From: Sedimentisphaerales bacterium
GTDB lineage: Bacteria; Planctomycetota; Phycisphaerae; Sedimentisphaerales; SM23-30
NCBI GenBank assembly: GCA_963663965.2
Contig: CAXXFK010000028.1
Location: 128,001-192,000, forward strand
Reading direction: 5' to 3'
DNA length: 64,000 nt
Numbering within the stretch: the stretch's first letter is position 1; each line of letters opens with the position of its first letter. A model generated the notes under the pieces. The model was given only the letters and a program-made list of their open reading frames with translations, was not told the DNA's origin and made no database searches. Shown in pieces: positions 13,101 through 22,985 of this stretch. The translations under genes were made by a program, and so were the position numbers.

Positions 13101-15959
13101 ACAACTGGAGCATATAGTATAGCTACCGCAGGCGGCAGGATCATAACCGCTGTTCTGCAGAATATTACTCCAGATGATGATGTAGCATCTAATAATAAAG
13201 CGGCCAGGAAGATCATTATTGGCCCTCCAGGATATGACCTTGATATCTCATTTAGTGGGTTTGATACCTGGGTTGGTGCTACTTTGGATGTACCTGTTAT
13301 GCTGCTGAACTCCGGTGCAAATCAGATACATGTGACAAATATTGTTTTAAGCGGTGCCGCTGGTTCTTGGTTCACATTCAAGCAGGATGTTACTGATATT
13401 GTATTGAACTCTAATGAAGCAAAAGTCCTGATGGCTGAGCTTAATGTGCCAGACAGCAGTGTTCTGACTATTACGGATTATGAAGCATTTAGTGCTAAAA
13501 TAGATGTTATTACGTTGCAGGGGACATATAGTAAGTCTGCGACATTAAATGTTTACAGCGAAGCGGCCAGTACTCTGAATATTACGGTTGTGGAAAAAGA
13601 TACAAATGTGCCACTGCCGAATACTCTTGTTATGCTTGGTAGTCAGCAGGGTGAGTTCTATACAGACCATAATGGCTTTGTTGCTATACCTGCTAAGCCA
13701 GGTGTCGATGAACTGTTCGCATATAAAGAAGATCATTATCCTAAGGCCGATGTTATCGAACTGGCAGCTGGTGATAATTCATATACCTTTGAGTTAACTG
13801 AAGGTCAGCCGCTGGAGGTTCAGTCTGTAAATGTCAGACCGCTTACCGGCCAGGAAGTGCTGGACAGAGGTGTAGATATTACAGATCCTGTGAATAACTG
13901 GGTATTTGATTTTGAGATCAGGCTGAAGGTTGAAAGTATTGTAGTTCCTAATATAGTTGCTCCTGTTGGTGGTGGTAATGTATCGTTTGTCAGGTATGTA
14001 TCGGGCGGTTACACTGGTGGAGGTGGTTATAGTGGTGGCTACACTGTTATAGGCTCTATCGAATATCATCCGACACCAATAGAGGTTGAAGCTAAGACAG
14101 AAACATATATTATTATTCCTGGTGATGTCAGATTGCTTAAACAGTTCTTTGATGTTACTGCTGTAATTATAAATAATTCAGAGTCTCCGCTACCAGAACT
14201 GATCACTATTGAAGAAACCGAAGCAGAGATCAAGCTTCCAAATGGACTGGCACTGCCAGAGCTGTTTGGCGTTCCTCAGCCGGAAGTTTTACCAGTTGGT
14301 GATGAAGGTGTTTTGCAAGCCGGCGAAGTTGGTCAGGCCTCTTGGGTTGTTCGTGGCGATGTCACAGGTGTTTATCAGGTAACTGTTGATGCTTCTGGTG
14401 AATTGTACTTTAATCCAAGCGGCGGTGACCCGCAGCATATTACGACGCTTGCTGCTACTGGTACCAGTGATGAGTTCGAAGTTGTCGAGCAGACAATTGC
14501 TATGGACTTCAATGGCCCAAGTATGGTTCGCAGCGGTCAGGAATTTGATATTGATATCGTAGTTACCAATACATCTTCGGTTCCGGCTTACTTTGTCAGA
14601 ATGGGACTTGATGCTCGCTATATGCAGAAAGCTCACCTTGCAGATGGTGAAAATGAGGCTAGAAGCCTTGGTGATCTGGAACCTGGTGAGAGTGCTACTG
14701 CTACCTATAGAATGGTAAGTGAAGTAACTGGTATTGTAACTTTTGGTCAGATACTATATGACTCTATTGGTTCAAGTCCGGTTGGCGGCAGCGGTGATTC
14801 TGCAGATAATAATGCTCAGATCATGGCTTATATTACTTCGACTTCAGGCATTGGCCCTGTTATCCCTGAGATACCTGAAGGCAGTATTTTGCCGGGTGAT
14901 GGTGCTGTGGTAAATAGTCCGCAAGTTTCAAGTTCTGTAGGAATATTGGAGTTTGGTGCCGATGTAGCCGATGCTATAGGTGATTCTGAAACAATTGTAC
15001 TGGCCGGTGACGATTCCAGTCTGCAGTTTGGTCAGGAAATAGGGGATGGCCCTTACGGCTATAATGATGTTGATATCTATAAAATAGAGCTGACAATGGG
15101 TACTGTTTTACATGTTGATATAGATGCTCAGGAATATGACAGCACGCTGGTTTCTAAGGTCAGGCTGTTTGATGATAATGGTGTCGAAATAGTAGCTAAT
15201 ACTAATGCACCGGACCCTGAAACAGGTTTTGTTCTTGATCCGGCATTTAGCGAGTTCCTGCCGTCAGGTATATACTATATCTGTGTTAGCAGTGCTGATA
15301 ATGATGTTTATGTTCCAGAAACCGCTGACAGCGGAACAGGTATTAGTGAAGTTGAAGCCAATGTCGGACCATACCTGCTGTATATTAGTAAGGGCCAGGA
15401 GTTGCCTGGTGATCTTGACGGCGATGGTGATATTGATCTGGCTGATAGAGATCTGTTCAATTCGACATTTGGTAAATATGAATCAGAAGCAGGCTATATT
15501 TCCAGGGCAGATCTTGATTCTGATGGGCAAATTACTATGAATGATTATCAGACCTGGCTGGAACTATTTAATCAGTATGATGGTTCGCTAGGGTATATTA
15601 CTGGTGACATAAATAGAGATGGACAGGTTGACTTGACTGATAAAGACTTGTTCATGGCGGCATTTGGCAAGTATGCCGGTCAGGCAGGCTATAATTATCT
15701 GGCAGATGTTTACCCAGATGGTGTGATCTCTGTTAGAGATTATCAGATATGGCTTGATATTTATAATGCTTATGATTCGGATTCTGGAATTGAGGCAATT
15801 GTAATTGATGACATAATTGATATGTCAGAATTTGCAGATATTGCTGCTAATTGGATGGCATCAGATTGCTCTGACAATTGTAATGGCGGAGATTTCTCTG
15901 GTGACCATAGTGTTGATTATGAAGATCTTTATATGCTATTGGATAGCTGGTTAAAATAA
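7167..15959 (+). CDS. Giant secreted multidomain surface protein (PA14-like, CARDB repeats, Ig-like repeats, thrombospondin-C-like lectin, PKD-like, PPC-like, C-terminal dockerins)
   Basis: Signal peptide; GSDDGYRL (PA14-like); several CARDB-type units (ETNESNN, ETNEGNN); five D-x-x-G/D-N-x-x-D/N repeats; DGDDDFMGFVF..FYLFQWKQ (TSP_C-like); NDVDIYKIEL (PPC-like); two GD-x-D/N-x-DG-x-(I/V)D dockerin units. Confidence 0.8.
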   Translation: MRNLEMVRKSILLLVLLFNAIAVFPLLSQTVIPVSDAVTTSVPIVAGDGIKCDIFLGLGGGTVDEARQNAVEAATYDATLLSPYIDFPSTGNTVTISASSFAGFFSNTIYAPDSVRTLLPSGFILRCTALLKVTKDLDIDTSTDAIDLRIDVGSDDGYRLVVGGNVLGYCGDRGFGWSYHSVSFESEGLYELYFLFSANNSSYSGVDLKWYVNNGGTLVQQFIPQSVLYQTQAGCSYQVEFDDLAAGTALFDQYSSQGGMFFVLGGNIQVTDSYPEDFVPVSGSNVLADPNNPPTEPGILMVSFVDPSDNEPATVRYFSTYVIDAEDDGAVLTAFDVSGDVIDTVSVQGTGGASQYQAVFDNVGDIAYVMIFLGSTTDACALDKMCWAEPQEIMLPDISMDTLTTAVKGWGAGTIATTLTVSNTGKSLVSGFDVSYYLSDDNVLDVDDTYCDIVTIGASIAAGETVVVPVDVQLPDDISGDKWLIAVADEAGAVVEFPDNSSNTVVSSSSFVTATDHEPPVVYSHKPDSLVHPGVSSIEFELSADIDPNTVVADNIYLADPDGIEVELISVFDDADSWVITFIKQKTEGAYTFILSAGITDMAGNPLDGNLDGVGGDDFISGFEITSEPIQTSLHNWEQHGPVGNGNWTVSADGSTVYQSINGNPTFFISDFELTNSRFEGTFSTSDGDDDFMGFVFAFNDLDEDVVTLDQPFYLFQWKQNNQSSGERGFKLIKVINPVSYDYWNAETDANATVLHTNLSVGWVRNVQYYFSLSYKPEEGEMRVIVKPAADSLPEDYIYDSGLIVDTDPLGTGRVGFYNYSQAKVTYSGFSSSALLPPVADAGGPYTFDVNTSEITLSALNSNDPDGTFTGFDGIVDVQWDLGSDGIDDLDLALVNGEEAISIDTAIAKGLTVADYLPVTLTIYDEDNLSSTTTTRIYYSSVMPVIAANGPYGPVDPDGSLTLAGFADDDDLYVSVGESLKIEWDTSAAASASDIGNGFASTLDAEISYADLVNIYKAYGDTIYLNVADAAGLVASVSTVFSIAAPDIKGESAQVGSFVVAGESMDISWSGLNASSVPTPQGKWRDKLILHDNAVYGDGSEYTVLANVNRIYDTAVGRWESYQNLATVNFPSTGVTGQRYLFIELDNNDSLYETNESNNIMGPFPIFIQPAPVADLDVINFEFPATVVTGGTALASWSVLNSGTGVTATTAGVTVDSWVDKVVLSTDTVVSANDIILANASISGPVTPGDSYSNSTTIIIPPTLDAGDYYVILSADVNNNVYEDGIESNNVAVLDHLVSVSKPEGDYIGPKIISQIPSGTIDTEFSEMVLEFNEPINTATLSVADMLLVGPGNETITVNDISVDTNGSLVTISFDTQVSEGQYALRFGPFVADLSGNWMDQNENLYAGEQPEDIYESKFTLIYPETPDTIPPHIISYSPVSSYDSIRYVEVIFSELMDGSSIDYESFIIKNPIGGLISGIGAQYYGNNKYRIYIPEQDSINGEYTLYIQPEMTDTSGNFLDQDGNGIGGEGSDVFSGTITLSIPPDVTGPSVEGYGPTYSNLAISSFDIGFSEPILFESDLLHSSFTESDITVWGPSGEVIPVTVTQQDPHVFTISFSEWTQEGIYTFAVGPDIKDRAGNLMDQNKNGTNGEASDVFNGSVQLEFVYDVVGPVVMSVSPGYVYEELDSIEVRFSEAVKQSTVSTADFELIAPDGSSVTGFALTRVSDTRYRLDFSPIKALGDYVLNIGPYITDVSDNLMNQDQDSINGEPTDDYYSRTIQILGVPDFAISSFNAPTIGDSGDDIEVSYTVSNIGTGALLNGSWNDRIVLSSDNILGNSDDQTLPVNPSGAYNGGLSKGQSYSADGLLVTIPESAHGNYYLFVQTDYSGNITETNEGNNYSVRSINIRKQDIGLNAVDISFNPVSPSESQDFTVSVKVHNYGDDDIVTDVVVYDGAVATGTIIETITGVLVEAGSVNSVTTGAYSIATAGGRIITAVLQNITPDDDVASNNKAARKIIIGPPGYDLDISFSGFDTWVGATLDVPVMLLNSGANQIHVTNIVLSGAAGSWFTFKQDVTDIVLNSNEAKVLMAELNVPDSSVLTITDYEAFSAKIDVITLQGTYSKSATLNVYSEAASTLNITVVEKDTNVPLPNTLVMLGSQQGEFYTDHNGFVAIPAKPGVDELFAYKEDHYPKADVIELAAGDNSYTFELTEGQPLEVQSVNVRPLTGQEVLDRGVDITDPVNNWVFDFEIRLKVESIVVPNIVAPVGGGNVSFVRYVSGGYTGGGGYSGGYTVIGSIEYHPTPIEVEAKTETYIIIPGDVRLLKQFFDVTAVIINNSESPLPELITIEETEAEIKLPNGLALPELFGVPQPEVLPVGDEGVLQAGEVGQASWVVRGDVTGVYQVTVDASGELYFNPSGGDPQHITTLAATGTSDEFEVVEQTIAMDFNGPSMVRSGQEFDIDIVVTNTSSVPAYFVRMGLDARYMQKAHLADGENEARSLGDLEPGESATATYRMVSEVTGIVTFGQILYDSIGSSPVGGSGDSADNNAQIMAYITSTSGIGPVIPEIPEGSILPGDGAVVNSPQVSSSVGILEFGADVADAIGDSETIVLAGDDSSLQFGQEIGDGPYGYNDVDIYKIELTMGTVLHVDIDAQEYDSTLVSKVRLFDDNGVEIVANTNAPDPETGFVLDPAFSEFLPSGIYYICVSSADNDVYVPETADSGTGISEVEANVGPYLLYISKGQELPGDLDGDGDIDLADRDLFNSTFGKYESEAGYISRADLDSDGQITMNDYQTWLELFNQYDGSLGYITGDINRDGQVDLTDKDLFMAAFGKYAGQAGYNYLADVYPDGVISVRDYQIWLDIYNAYDSDSGIEAIVIDDIIDMSEFADIAANWMASDCSDNCNGGDFSGDHSVDYEDLYMLLDSWLK

Positions 15960-16010
15960 ATAATAAGGGAAAATAATTAGTTGAAAGATAAAGATGTGAG
16001 GTTGAAAATC

Positions 16011-16565
16011 ATGAATAGATCATTTATTCACAAATTGGTATTAGTTGTTGTGCTTGTTACTGTTCCTGTATTGTATTCAGCATTAATAGATATTACTGTT
16101 AATACTGACGATACAACAATTCCTGAGATTGGCCAGGAATTTCAGATAACTATCGTTGCTGATATTGACGAATCCAGTTCGATCATCAGCTGGGGGTTGG
16201 ATCTGAATATTGATCCGGAGTATCTTGAAATTGTTGGACCTATTGAAACAGGGGACTACTGGCTGAGTGTTAACAGCAGTGTAGGTGATGGTGACGGCTT
16301 AGCCGGCCTGTCATTTCCAAATGCAGTTAGTGGCGATAAGGTCGTTCTTTTTGTTGTTACCCTGAAAGCTATTAAGCAGGGCGTTACAGATATTACTGTT
16401 ACATATGATGACCTGGAATATTTCGAAGGCTTCTGGCTGCAGGGAGCTGGAAATGGTTATGTAACGGATGTTAAACTTAGTGGTCAGGATATGACTATAC
16501 TGCCTGAACCTGCAACAATTGTTCTGCTTGGCTCTGGCTTATTGATCTGTATGAAAAGAAAGTAA
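16011..16565 (+). CDS. Cohesin-domain protein with PEP-CTERM sorting signal
   Basis: Signal peptide; cohesin-like GQEFQITI..WGLDLNIDPEYLEIV..LFVVTLKAIKQG; C-terminal LPEPATIVLLGSGLLICMKRK; GAGGT before ATG 16011. Confidence 0.8.
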   Translation: MNRSFIHKLVLVVVLVTVPVLYSALIDITVNTDDTTIPEIGQEFQITIVADIDESSSIISWGLDLNIDPEYLEIVGPIETGDYWLSVNSSVGDGDGLAGLSFPNAVSGDKVVLFVVTLKAIKQGVTDITVTYDDLEYFEGFWLQGAGNGYVTDVKLSGQDMTILPEPATIVLLGSGLLICMKRK

Positions 16566-16608
16566 GGCATACGGCCTGGTAAAGCTGTATTTTCCTGATA
16601 ATATAATA

Positions 16609-16642
16609 AAGCCAATCACAAGGTTGTTTTTGTGATTGGCTT
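16609..16642. terminator. Bidirectional rho-independent terminator
   Basis: AAGCCAATCACAA ... TTGTGATTGGCTT inverted repeat between convergent genes. Confidence 0.75.
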
Positions 16643-16674
16643 ATTCTTGTTTATATTATATGTGAATAAATAAT

Positions 16675-18183
16675 TCAGCTATTTTTCCACTTTCTTTCTC
16701 CACCGCACTTTATCAGGCCATCAGATTTTTCGGGGCCAAAACTTCCCGGAGTATATGGCTCTGGTGTCTTGTTTTTCAGTTTAATGTTGTCGATCAGTGG
16801 CGAAATAAACTCCCAGGCCGCTTCAGTTTCATCACTGCGAATAAACAGTGTTTGATCGCCTAACAGAGCATCGTGCAGCAGTTTTTCGTATGCCGACGGT
16901 ATTGGGCTAGGGCAGAAGTCAGGGTAGTAGAATGTCAGCTCTCTTGGCTCCAGGCATTGCTGGCCGGTTTTGTGGGTAAAGAAGTTGACAGACACGCCAT
17001 CGTTGGGCTGTACTCTAAGAACTAAACTGTTCATCTGGCCGCAGTTGCAGCTGCAGTCGCGAGCAAATAACTGGTCATCAACTGGTTTGAAATAAACGCA
17101 TATTTCAGTAACCTTTTTTGCCAGTGCCTTACCTGTTCTAATGTAGATTGGCACATCAGTCATTCCAGGCGTATCTACAAACATCTTGAATGCTACAAAT
17201 GTTTCTGTTTTTGAATCAGGAGCTACACCTTCGGCCTGCAGGTAACCATCTATCTGACTGCCTTCAATGGTGCCAGCGGTATATTGGCCGGTGACTACGC
17301 TGCAGCAGCAGTTATTTTCACAGACAGGGCGAATAGACTGTATTACCTTTACTTTTTCGTCTCGAACATCATCGGCCGCCATCGATTTTGGCTTTTCCAT
17401 GGCAACCAGTGACACCAGCTGCATTATATGGTTCTGTACCATATCTCTCAGGGCACCTGACTGGTCGTAGTAGCCGGCACGCTGGCCGACATGAACCGTT
17501 TCGCAAACAGATATCTGGATGTGATCGATATGATCCTTATTCCACACCGATTCAAATATTCTATTGGCAAACCTGAGAGCCAGTATATTCTGTACCGTTT
17601 CCTTGCCCAGGTAGTGATCGATCCTGTATATCTGGCTTTCGTCCAGGGTTTCTTTAAGCTTTATGTTTAATTTCCGGGCAGTATCAAGATCAGTTCCAAA
17701 TGGCTTTTCAAATATGATTCTCCGGAAATAACCTTCCTGGGACTTGTTTAGCCCGCTTTTATTCAGATTGTCGGTTATTTCTCCAAAAAGATCAGGCTTA
17801 ACTGAGCAATAGAATAGGCAATTACCTATTTCCCCTTTGTTAAACTCCTGATTCTGCAGCAATGATATTAAGTTCTCGTATGTATCTATATTATTGCTGT
17901 CACCGCTAAGATAATGGATATGAGATTTGAACTTTTCCCAGTTTTCAACAGTGGCATTGCCGCATCGGTCGGCTTTTTGTACGTCCGGGAATATCTTCTC
18001 ACAGAACTCTGCATCAGACATTTCTCTTCTGGCAATACCAATGATCGAGAAATCCGCAGCCAGCAGGCCGTGGTGGTATAATTCGAATAAGGCAGGAATA
18101 AGTTTAAGGCTTGTAAGGTTGCCGGAAGCACCGAAAATAACTATTGAAAATGGTTCAGTCGTTTTATTGTTTGTCGGCTTCAT
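16675..18183 (-). CDS. zwf: Glucose-6-phosphate 1-dehydrogenase
   Basis: IFGASGNL, EKPFG, RIDHYLGKETVQN, RDMVQNH and RTGK motifs. Confidence 0.97.
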   Translation of the reverse strand: MKPTNNKTTEPFSIVIFGASGNLTSLKLIPALFELYHHGLLAADFSIIGIARREMSDAEFCEKIFPDVQKADRCGNATVENWEKFKSHIHYLSGDSNNIDTYENLISLLQNQEFNKGEIGNCLFYCSVKPDLFGEITDNLNKSGLNKSQEGYFRRIIFEKPFGTDLDTARKLNIKLKETLDESQIYRIDHYLGKETVQNILALRFANRIFESVWNKDHIDHIQISVCETVHVGQRAGYYDQSGALRDMVQNHIMQLVSLVAMEKPKSMAADDVRDEKVKVIQSIRPVCENNCCCSVVTGQYTAGTIEGSQIDGYLQAEGVAPDSKTETFVAFKMFVDTPGMTDVPIYIRTGKALAKKVTEICVYFKPVDDQLFARDCSCNCGQMNSLVLRVQPNDGVSVNFFTHKTGQQCLEPRELTFYYPDFCPSPIPSAYEKLLHDALLGDQTLFIRSDETEAAWEFISPLIDNIKLKNKTPEPYTPGSFGPEKSDGLIKCGGERKWKNS

Positions 18184-18305
18184 TTTTCTGTTCTAAGCTA
18201 GTATATATGTTCTTTGTTTCAATCCATCTGTTCTATTATATGTCTCTTGTAAAGCAATTTACAACTGATTATATCCTTGTTTTTTTACAGACTCAAATTA
18301 ATAAA

Positions 18306-18340
18306 AAAAAGCGGAAGAAGTAATACTTATTCCGCTTTTT
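18306..18340 (-). terminator. Rho-independent terminator
   Basis: AAAAAGCGGAA...TTCCGCTTTTT hairpin downstream of the PEP-CTERM gene. Confidence 0.7.
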
Positions 18341-18374
18341 GAATTTGTGTTAATTTCCAAGAAGTTCGAAAGGC

Positions 18375-19369
18375 TTATGACCTTTTCTTTTTCAATACTA
18401 CCATACACCCTGAAAGCAGCAGTGCTACAGTTGATGGCTCTGGAACAAGCATTGAAGATGCTGTACCGATCTCGACGAGTTCCATTTGTCTGGCAACTAC
18501 TGTTCCAGTCATGTAAGCGTCAACGCTAAATACGTCACTGTTGTAAACCCATAAATTCCTACTCAGTTCAATACCATCAAGTACGATTACGATATTGTCA
18601 ATATCTTTGGTGAATGAAATAATGTCATAGTTATTTATAGCATTACCTTCGTTTGTTATCTGGTCATAAGTGCCAGTTTCTGAGTCATAAGAGTCAGCAT
18701 CTATGATCTTTGCAATATTGCTGTTTGAGATAGCTCCGCCAGTTTTTACTACCAACGCACCGTTTGCCAGACTGTATACATTTATTGCACCTGCAACAAT
18801 GTTTTTGGTAAGTGTTACTACTCTACCGTTTGCAAGAGTTCTTTCAATGGTGTTCTTGAACTGCACCAGGTAGCTGGAAACAAGTCCAACCTGATTAACA
18901 TCATTCTTAGCAATTGAAATATATATAGGAGTATCAACCGAATATTTTGCCTCTATATACGAAGCAACACCGTTGTTATAGCTGTCACTGTTGTCATATG
19001 TTGATCTATATGCTGTGGTATTTTTACCAGGTATGTACTGGCAGCTCCCTTAGTGGAAGAGTAAAATGATGCAGCGGCTACTCTCTGGTTGATATTGACC
19101 CCACCTTTGTTATTGTTTTCTACAATACTGCCAGAAAACAATGCTGTGCTATTGGTAGCTACCTGCTCTGAAACACTGTAGTAGCCGGAATTGTTATCAT
19201 ATGCAGCAGAAGTGCCAGTTTTAAGTACTTGTTTGTTTTTCCAGATAAGATAGTAGTTGCTATAGTCGGTTGGTAGTGCTGACTGGCTGACAACACCAGC
19301 AGAAGCAAAGTTTGAAACCAAAGCCAGCAGAACTACGATAATTCCTGATTTGATCTTCATATTTTTCAT
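18375..19369 (-). pseudogene. PEP-CTERM protein split by one frameshift (or a sequencing error)
   Basis: Signal-peptide ORF 18953-19369 and VPEPSTVALLLSG..KKKRS ORF 18375-18866 join into one open frame if one base is added to the A5 run at 19021-19025 (LVK|NTTAYRS...YLVQFKNTIER). Confidence 0.8.
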
Positions 19370-20076
19370 TTTATCTCTTTCTCTCTAAAGAATATTCAAT
19401 TGTAGAAACTTCTTACGCTGTTGTAACTCAGTCAAAACTGCCAGGCATGGGTGTTTTATTCTTGGTATGTTATGCAGTTTTTTACACATATATCATAACT
19501 GCGTGTGACATAAATATGGAATATGTCCAGGCTATGATATATAATGTCAGGCTGAGTATTGGAACAGGCAGGAAGCAGTCAAGTCTCTCTGTCTCGACAT
19601 TCCTAACTCATTATGTTTTTAATTTTAACGCTGCTTACTGAAAAAGAACAATAAGTAACATATGTTATTATATACTATGTGGCAGTTAGCTGCAAATTCG
19701 ACATTCTAGATTGGTGTGATAATGTTCATAATTAACCTGTTTTATTGTATTTTATTTTTTGTAAGTCATTATATTGCAATGTGATATGTGATGTATGGTT
19801 TTTGGTTATGACTTTAATAAAAAATAGTTTAATTTAGAAAAAAGTTTAAATTTATTTTCATATTTCAATTTAATTATTTTTGCGAAAATGCGGTATTTTG
19901 TAGCTTAAGTATTTGTATTGTAAGTAGATATGTTGGTTTTTGTTTACTGAAGCGTCTGCTTTTAATCTATGTATGATCAAGATTATATTTTTGATTTTTT
20001 ATACTTTTATTCTGGCAAAATAGCTAAGATAGTTGTTTTGAACTATAGTGTGAAAATTGTTAAGGTTTATTGATTG

Positions 20077-22510
20077 TGAGAGTTAAAACGATTGTATTAG
20101 TTATGCTGATCATTTGGTCTTCAGAGGTTGCGAAGTATTTTTGGAATTTTTTTCTGGCTCAGGTAATAAAAAATGATGGATCAAGCCTTTTCAGGATACT
20201 GTGCTTAAGTATTATGCCGATGTAAGCCGTCCTTACGGCGAGCAAGGATCTGCCGGAATCAGTTCGAACATATTTTTCCTGCGGCAATATCTCTGAAATT
20301 GAATCTGTTATCAGTGTCATAAGAGAAAACTTGCTCTTTTAGACTGCATGATATGGCAGAAATATTGCTTCTGCTGCCGGAAGATGTGGTAGTCAGGGAT
20401 TATTATTCCAATCAGTTTGGAAACATTAAAACTGAACTAAATGAAATTGTATATCTTATTTGGGATTATTATGATTATATCGATAAATACCGGATGATAT
20501 CAGTTGGCACCGGATCTATGGCTCCAGTGGAGTCTATAGCAAGATCGTATCTTTCCAGCGTGAGATAAAGCTCCTGACTGCGGCTGCTATGTATTATGAT
20601 ATGGTCTTATCGGTCTCAGGCAGCGGAAAAAGTTTCTGATAAAAAAATATTAGATTCTCTTTTGGCTTGAATATATAACAGATAATAATCCTGCTTTTTT
20701 GATATGGTATATTCGTTTTGGCTGGAGTTGAAGTTGTAAAAGCTATGCTGATATCCTCAAAGCAATGGTAAACCTCGACCCTGTTGACAGTCTGGAAATT
20801 AAATATATAGAGTTAAAAGAAAAGTTTTACAGTCACGCAGACATAGGGGACTTGCTTGGTGAAGTAAATACTTTGATTGAAAGGTTTTGAAGTACTACCT
20901 TCTGATTTAAAGGAGGGCAGTATAAGCTTCTGGAAGAGTTTGTTATCTTCGAATCTGTTTTGTGTGAGAGCTATATTTCTTCAACATCAAATGAAGATAT
21001 TGGCATTTCTGATGGATGCCTGTTGTCAGCGTTCTCTAGATTAAAGATAATTCAAATTTATATCCTGACCTCAAGCTGTTATTTGCCTATAAAGTTTATG
21101 TGTCATTGAATAAAATCAATGAGTCAGGATGGCCTGAACTTCTGAAATCATATGATGGCAATTTGTTGTTAGAAACAGCCAGATTCATACAATATTCAAA
21201 GCCAGAAGAAAGTTCAAAAGCACTTGTCTTGTATGATACGATTTTAGCTGATAAGCTTGCCGGAGAAGACCTGGATTATGAAGTTTATAGCCTGAGATCG
21301 TTATTGTATCAAGAGCGAGCAGAGAGTGATAAAAGTAAAGATAGTATAGTTCAGGCCTCTTCTGATATCGTTATGTTATTATTGAATGATATATCTTCTG
21401 CTTTACAGACAGCAAGTGTAAAGTTGAACATAAGCCGGTTGTTAAGTGTTGTTTCATTGTACGAACAGGCTGGTTATGATGACAATAAAGTTATCATTAA
21501 CATATTGGATCCGTTGATAGCTAAACTAGAGGCTTTCGGTTCCGGAAATGTTCTGTTGGCTGTTGGCAATGAGGCAGAATCGTTATTTTATATATATGCT
21601 ATCTATCTCGAAAAAGATGAGAATTATTCTTCTGCAATAAAATATTTTGATGCTATTGAAAGCGATAAATATAGCCGTCAAGCCAGGTTTCAGGCAGTAT
21701 TATGCAGGTACAGGATCGTCTCGGCGAATGGTAGTCACTCTGGTAATCATCAGGTTCTTATCGATCAGCTGAAAAAGATCATAACTTATACTGATGGGTT
21801 AGATCAAATAGATATTCAGGCAGCTGAACTACTACTTGCTATTGCCTTGGAAAGCGGTCAGGACAATGTCTTTATGGACAGCATTTCACTTATACTGGAA
21901 AAGGTTCAATCTGACACGGCGGGCCCTTTTGTTGGATTAGCATGTTCTTTTATTAGCAGGCAGACCGGCAAAATGCAGAATTGTGCTGTTATGGGGCGGG
22001 TTGGCGATAACAGCGATTATTTCGGTAGTCTTATCAGTATTGCGGAAAAGTGCGCAGGCAGTGACGGAGGGGCAGATAATTCTGTTGCTCTGGATGCACT
22101 ATTGTCTGTCTATTCTTTCAAATACAGTGGCAGCATAGGTCAGCTTGCAGAAAATGTATCGGGCATAGAACTGCTTGGCTATTATAAAAATAACAGGGAG
22201 CTTTTTGAACAAAAGTCTATAATCTCTGTCAGGTTAAAGGCAATGGCTCTGGCATTTGAAGGTCAATATCTGGAATCCAGGAAAATATGGCAGCAGGTCA
22301 GGAATACCACCAAAGCTGATGGCGGGTATTACTATTGGGAAGCCAGGTTCTGGGGGATATTACTGCTTATTTGCTGATGATCAACGAGAAAGGGCTGTTC
22401 ATGCGATAGATGTTCTGGCTGCTGAGCTAGAGGCTGCAGGTAATAAGCCTGATGATATGGAGAGTTTATGGCTGGAAAGAATCAGACTTTTGCAATATAA
22501 TACCCATTGA
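20077..22510 (+). pseudogene. Large alpha-helical/TPR-like exported protein, multiply frameshifted
   Basis: Signal-peptide-like start (VRVKTIVLVMLIIW), fragmentary ORFs 20353-20568, 21100-22377 and 22256-22510; helical C-terminus ...YYWEARFW. Start position uncertain. Confidence 0.45.
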
Positions 22511-22562
22511 TTAACGTAACTACATGGTATTTTACATATTAAACGATAAGGACAGGTTGTAA

Positions 22563-22985
22563 ATGAGCGATAAGGACAGACTTGCTCAGCTGTTTGAGTG
22601 GCAGGCTGAATTGAATAAGAGAATTGGTTTTGATGCTGAAGCTTTACGTAAGGATTATGATCCTAAACTTGGTGGTGAGTGGGTAAACAATTACCTGGCT
22701 GCTATGAGTAATGAGCTGGAAGAGCTAAGGGACTGTATGTTCTGGAAACATTGGTGTAAAGAAGCAAAAGAAGGACGTAGATTTGAGATTCACGACCTGC
22801 AGAATGCCAGGGTGGAAGTGACTGATATGTTGTTCTTCTGGATTTCGCTGGCTCTTTCGCTTGGATTGAACGCTGATGATGCATTTCGCTTATATGAGCA
22901 GAAATTAGGTGTGAACCATAATCGTCAGGATAATAATTATTCTATGGCGAATAAGACAGAGGATGATAATAAAGATATAGCATAA
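22563..22985 (+). CDS. Dimeric dUTPase (all-alpha NTP pyrophosphatase family)
   Basis: ELEEL..WKHW, EVTDMLFF and K..VNHNRQ motifs. Confidence 0.85.
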   Translation: MSDKDRLAQLFEWQAELNKRIGFDAEALRKDYDPKLGGEWVNNYLAAMSNELEELRDCMFWKHWCKEAKEGRRFEIHDLQNARVEVTDMLFFWISLALSLGLNADDAFRLYEQKLGVNHNRQDNNYSMANKTEDDNKDIA

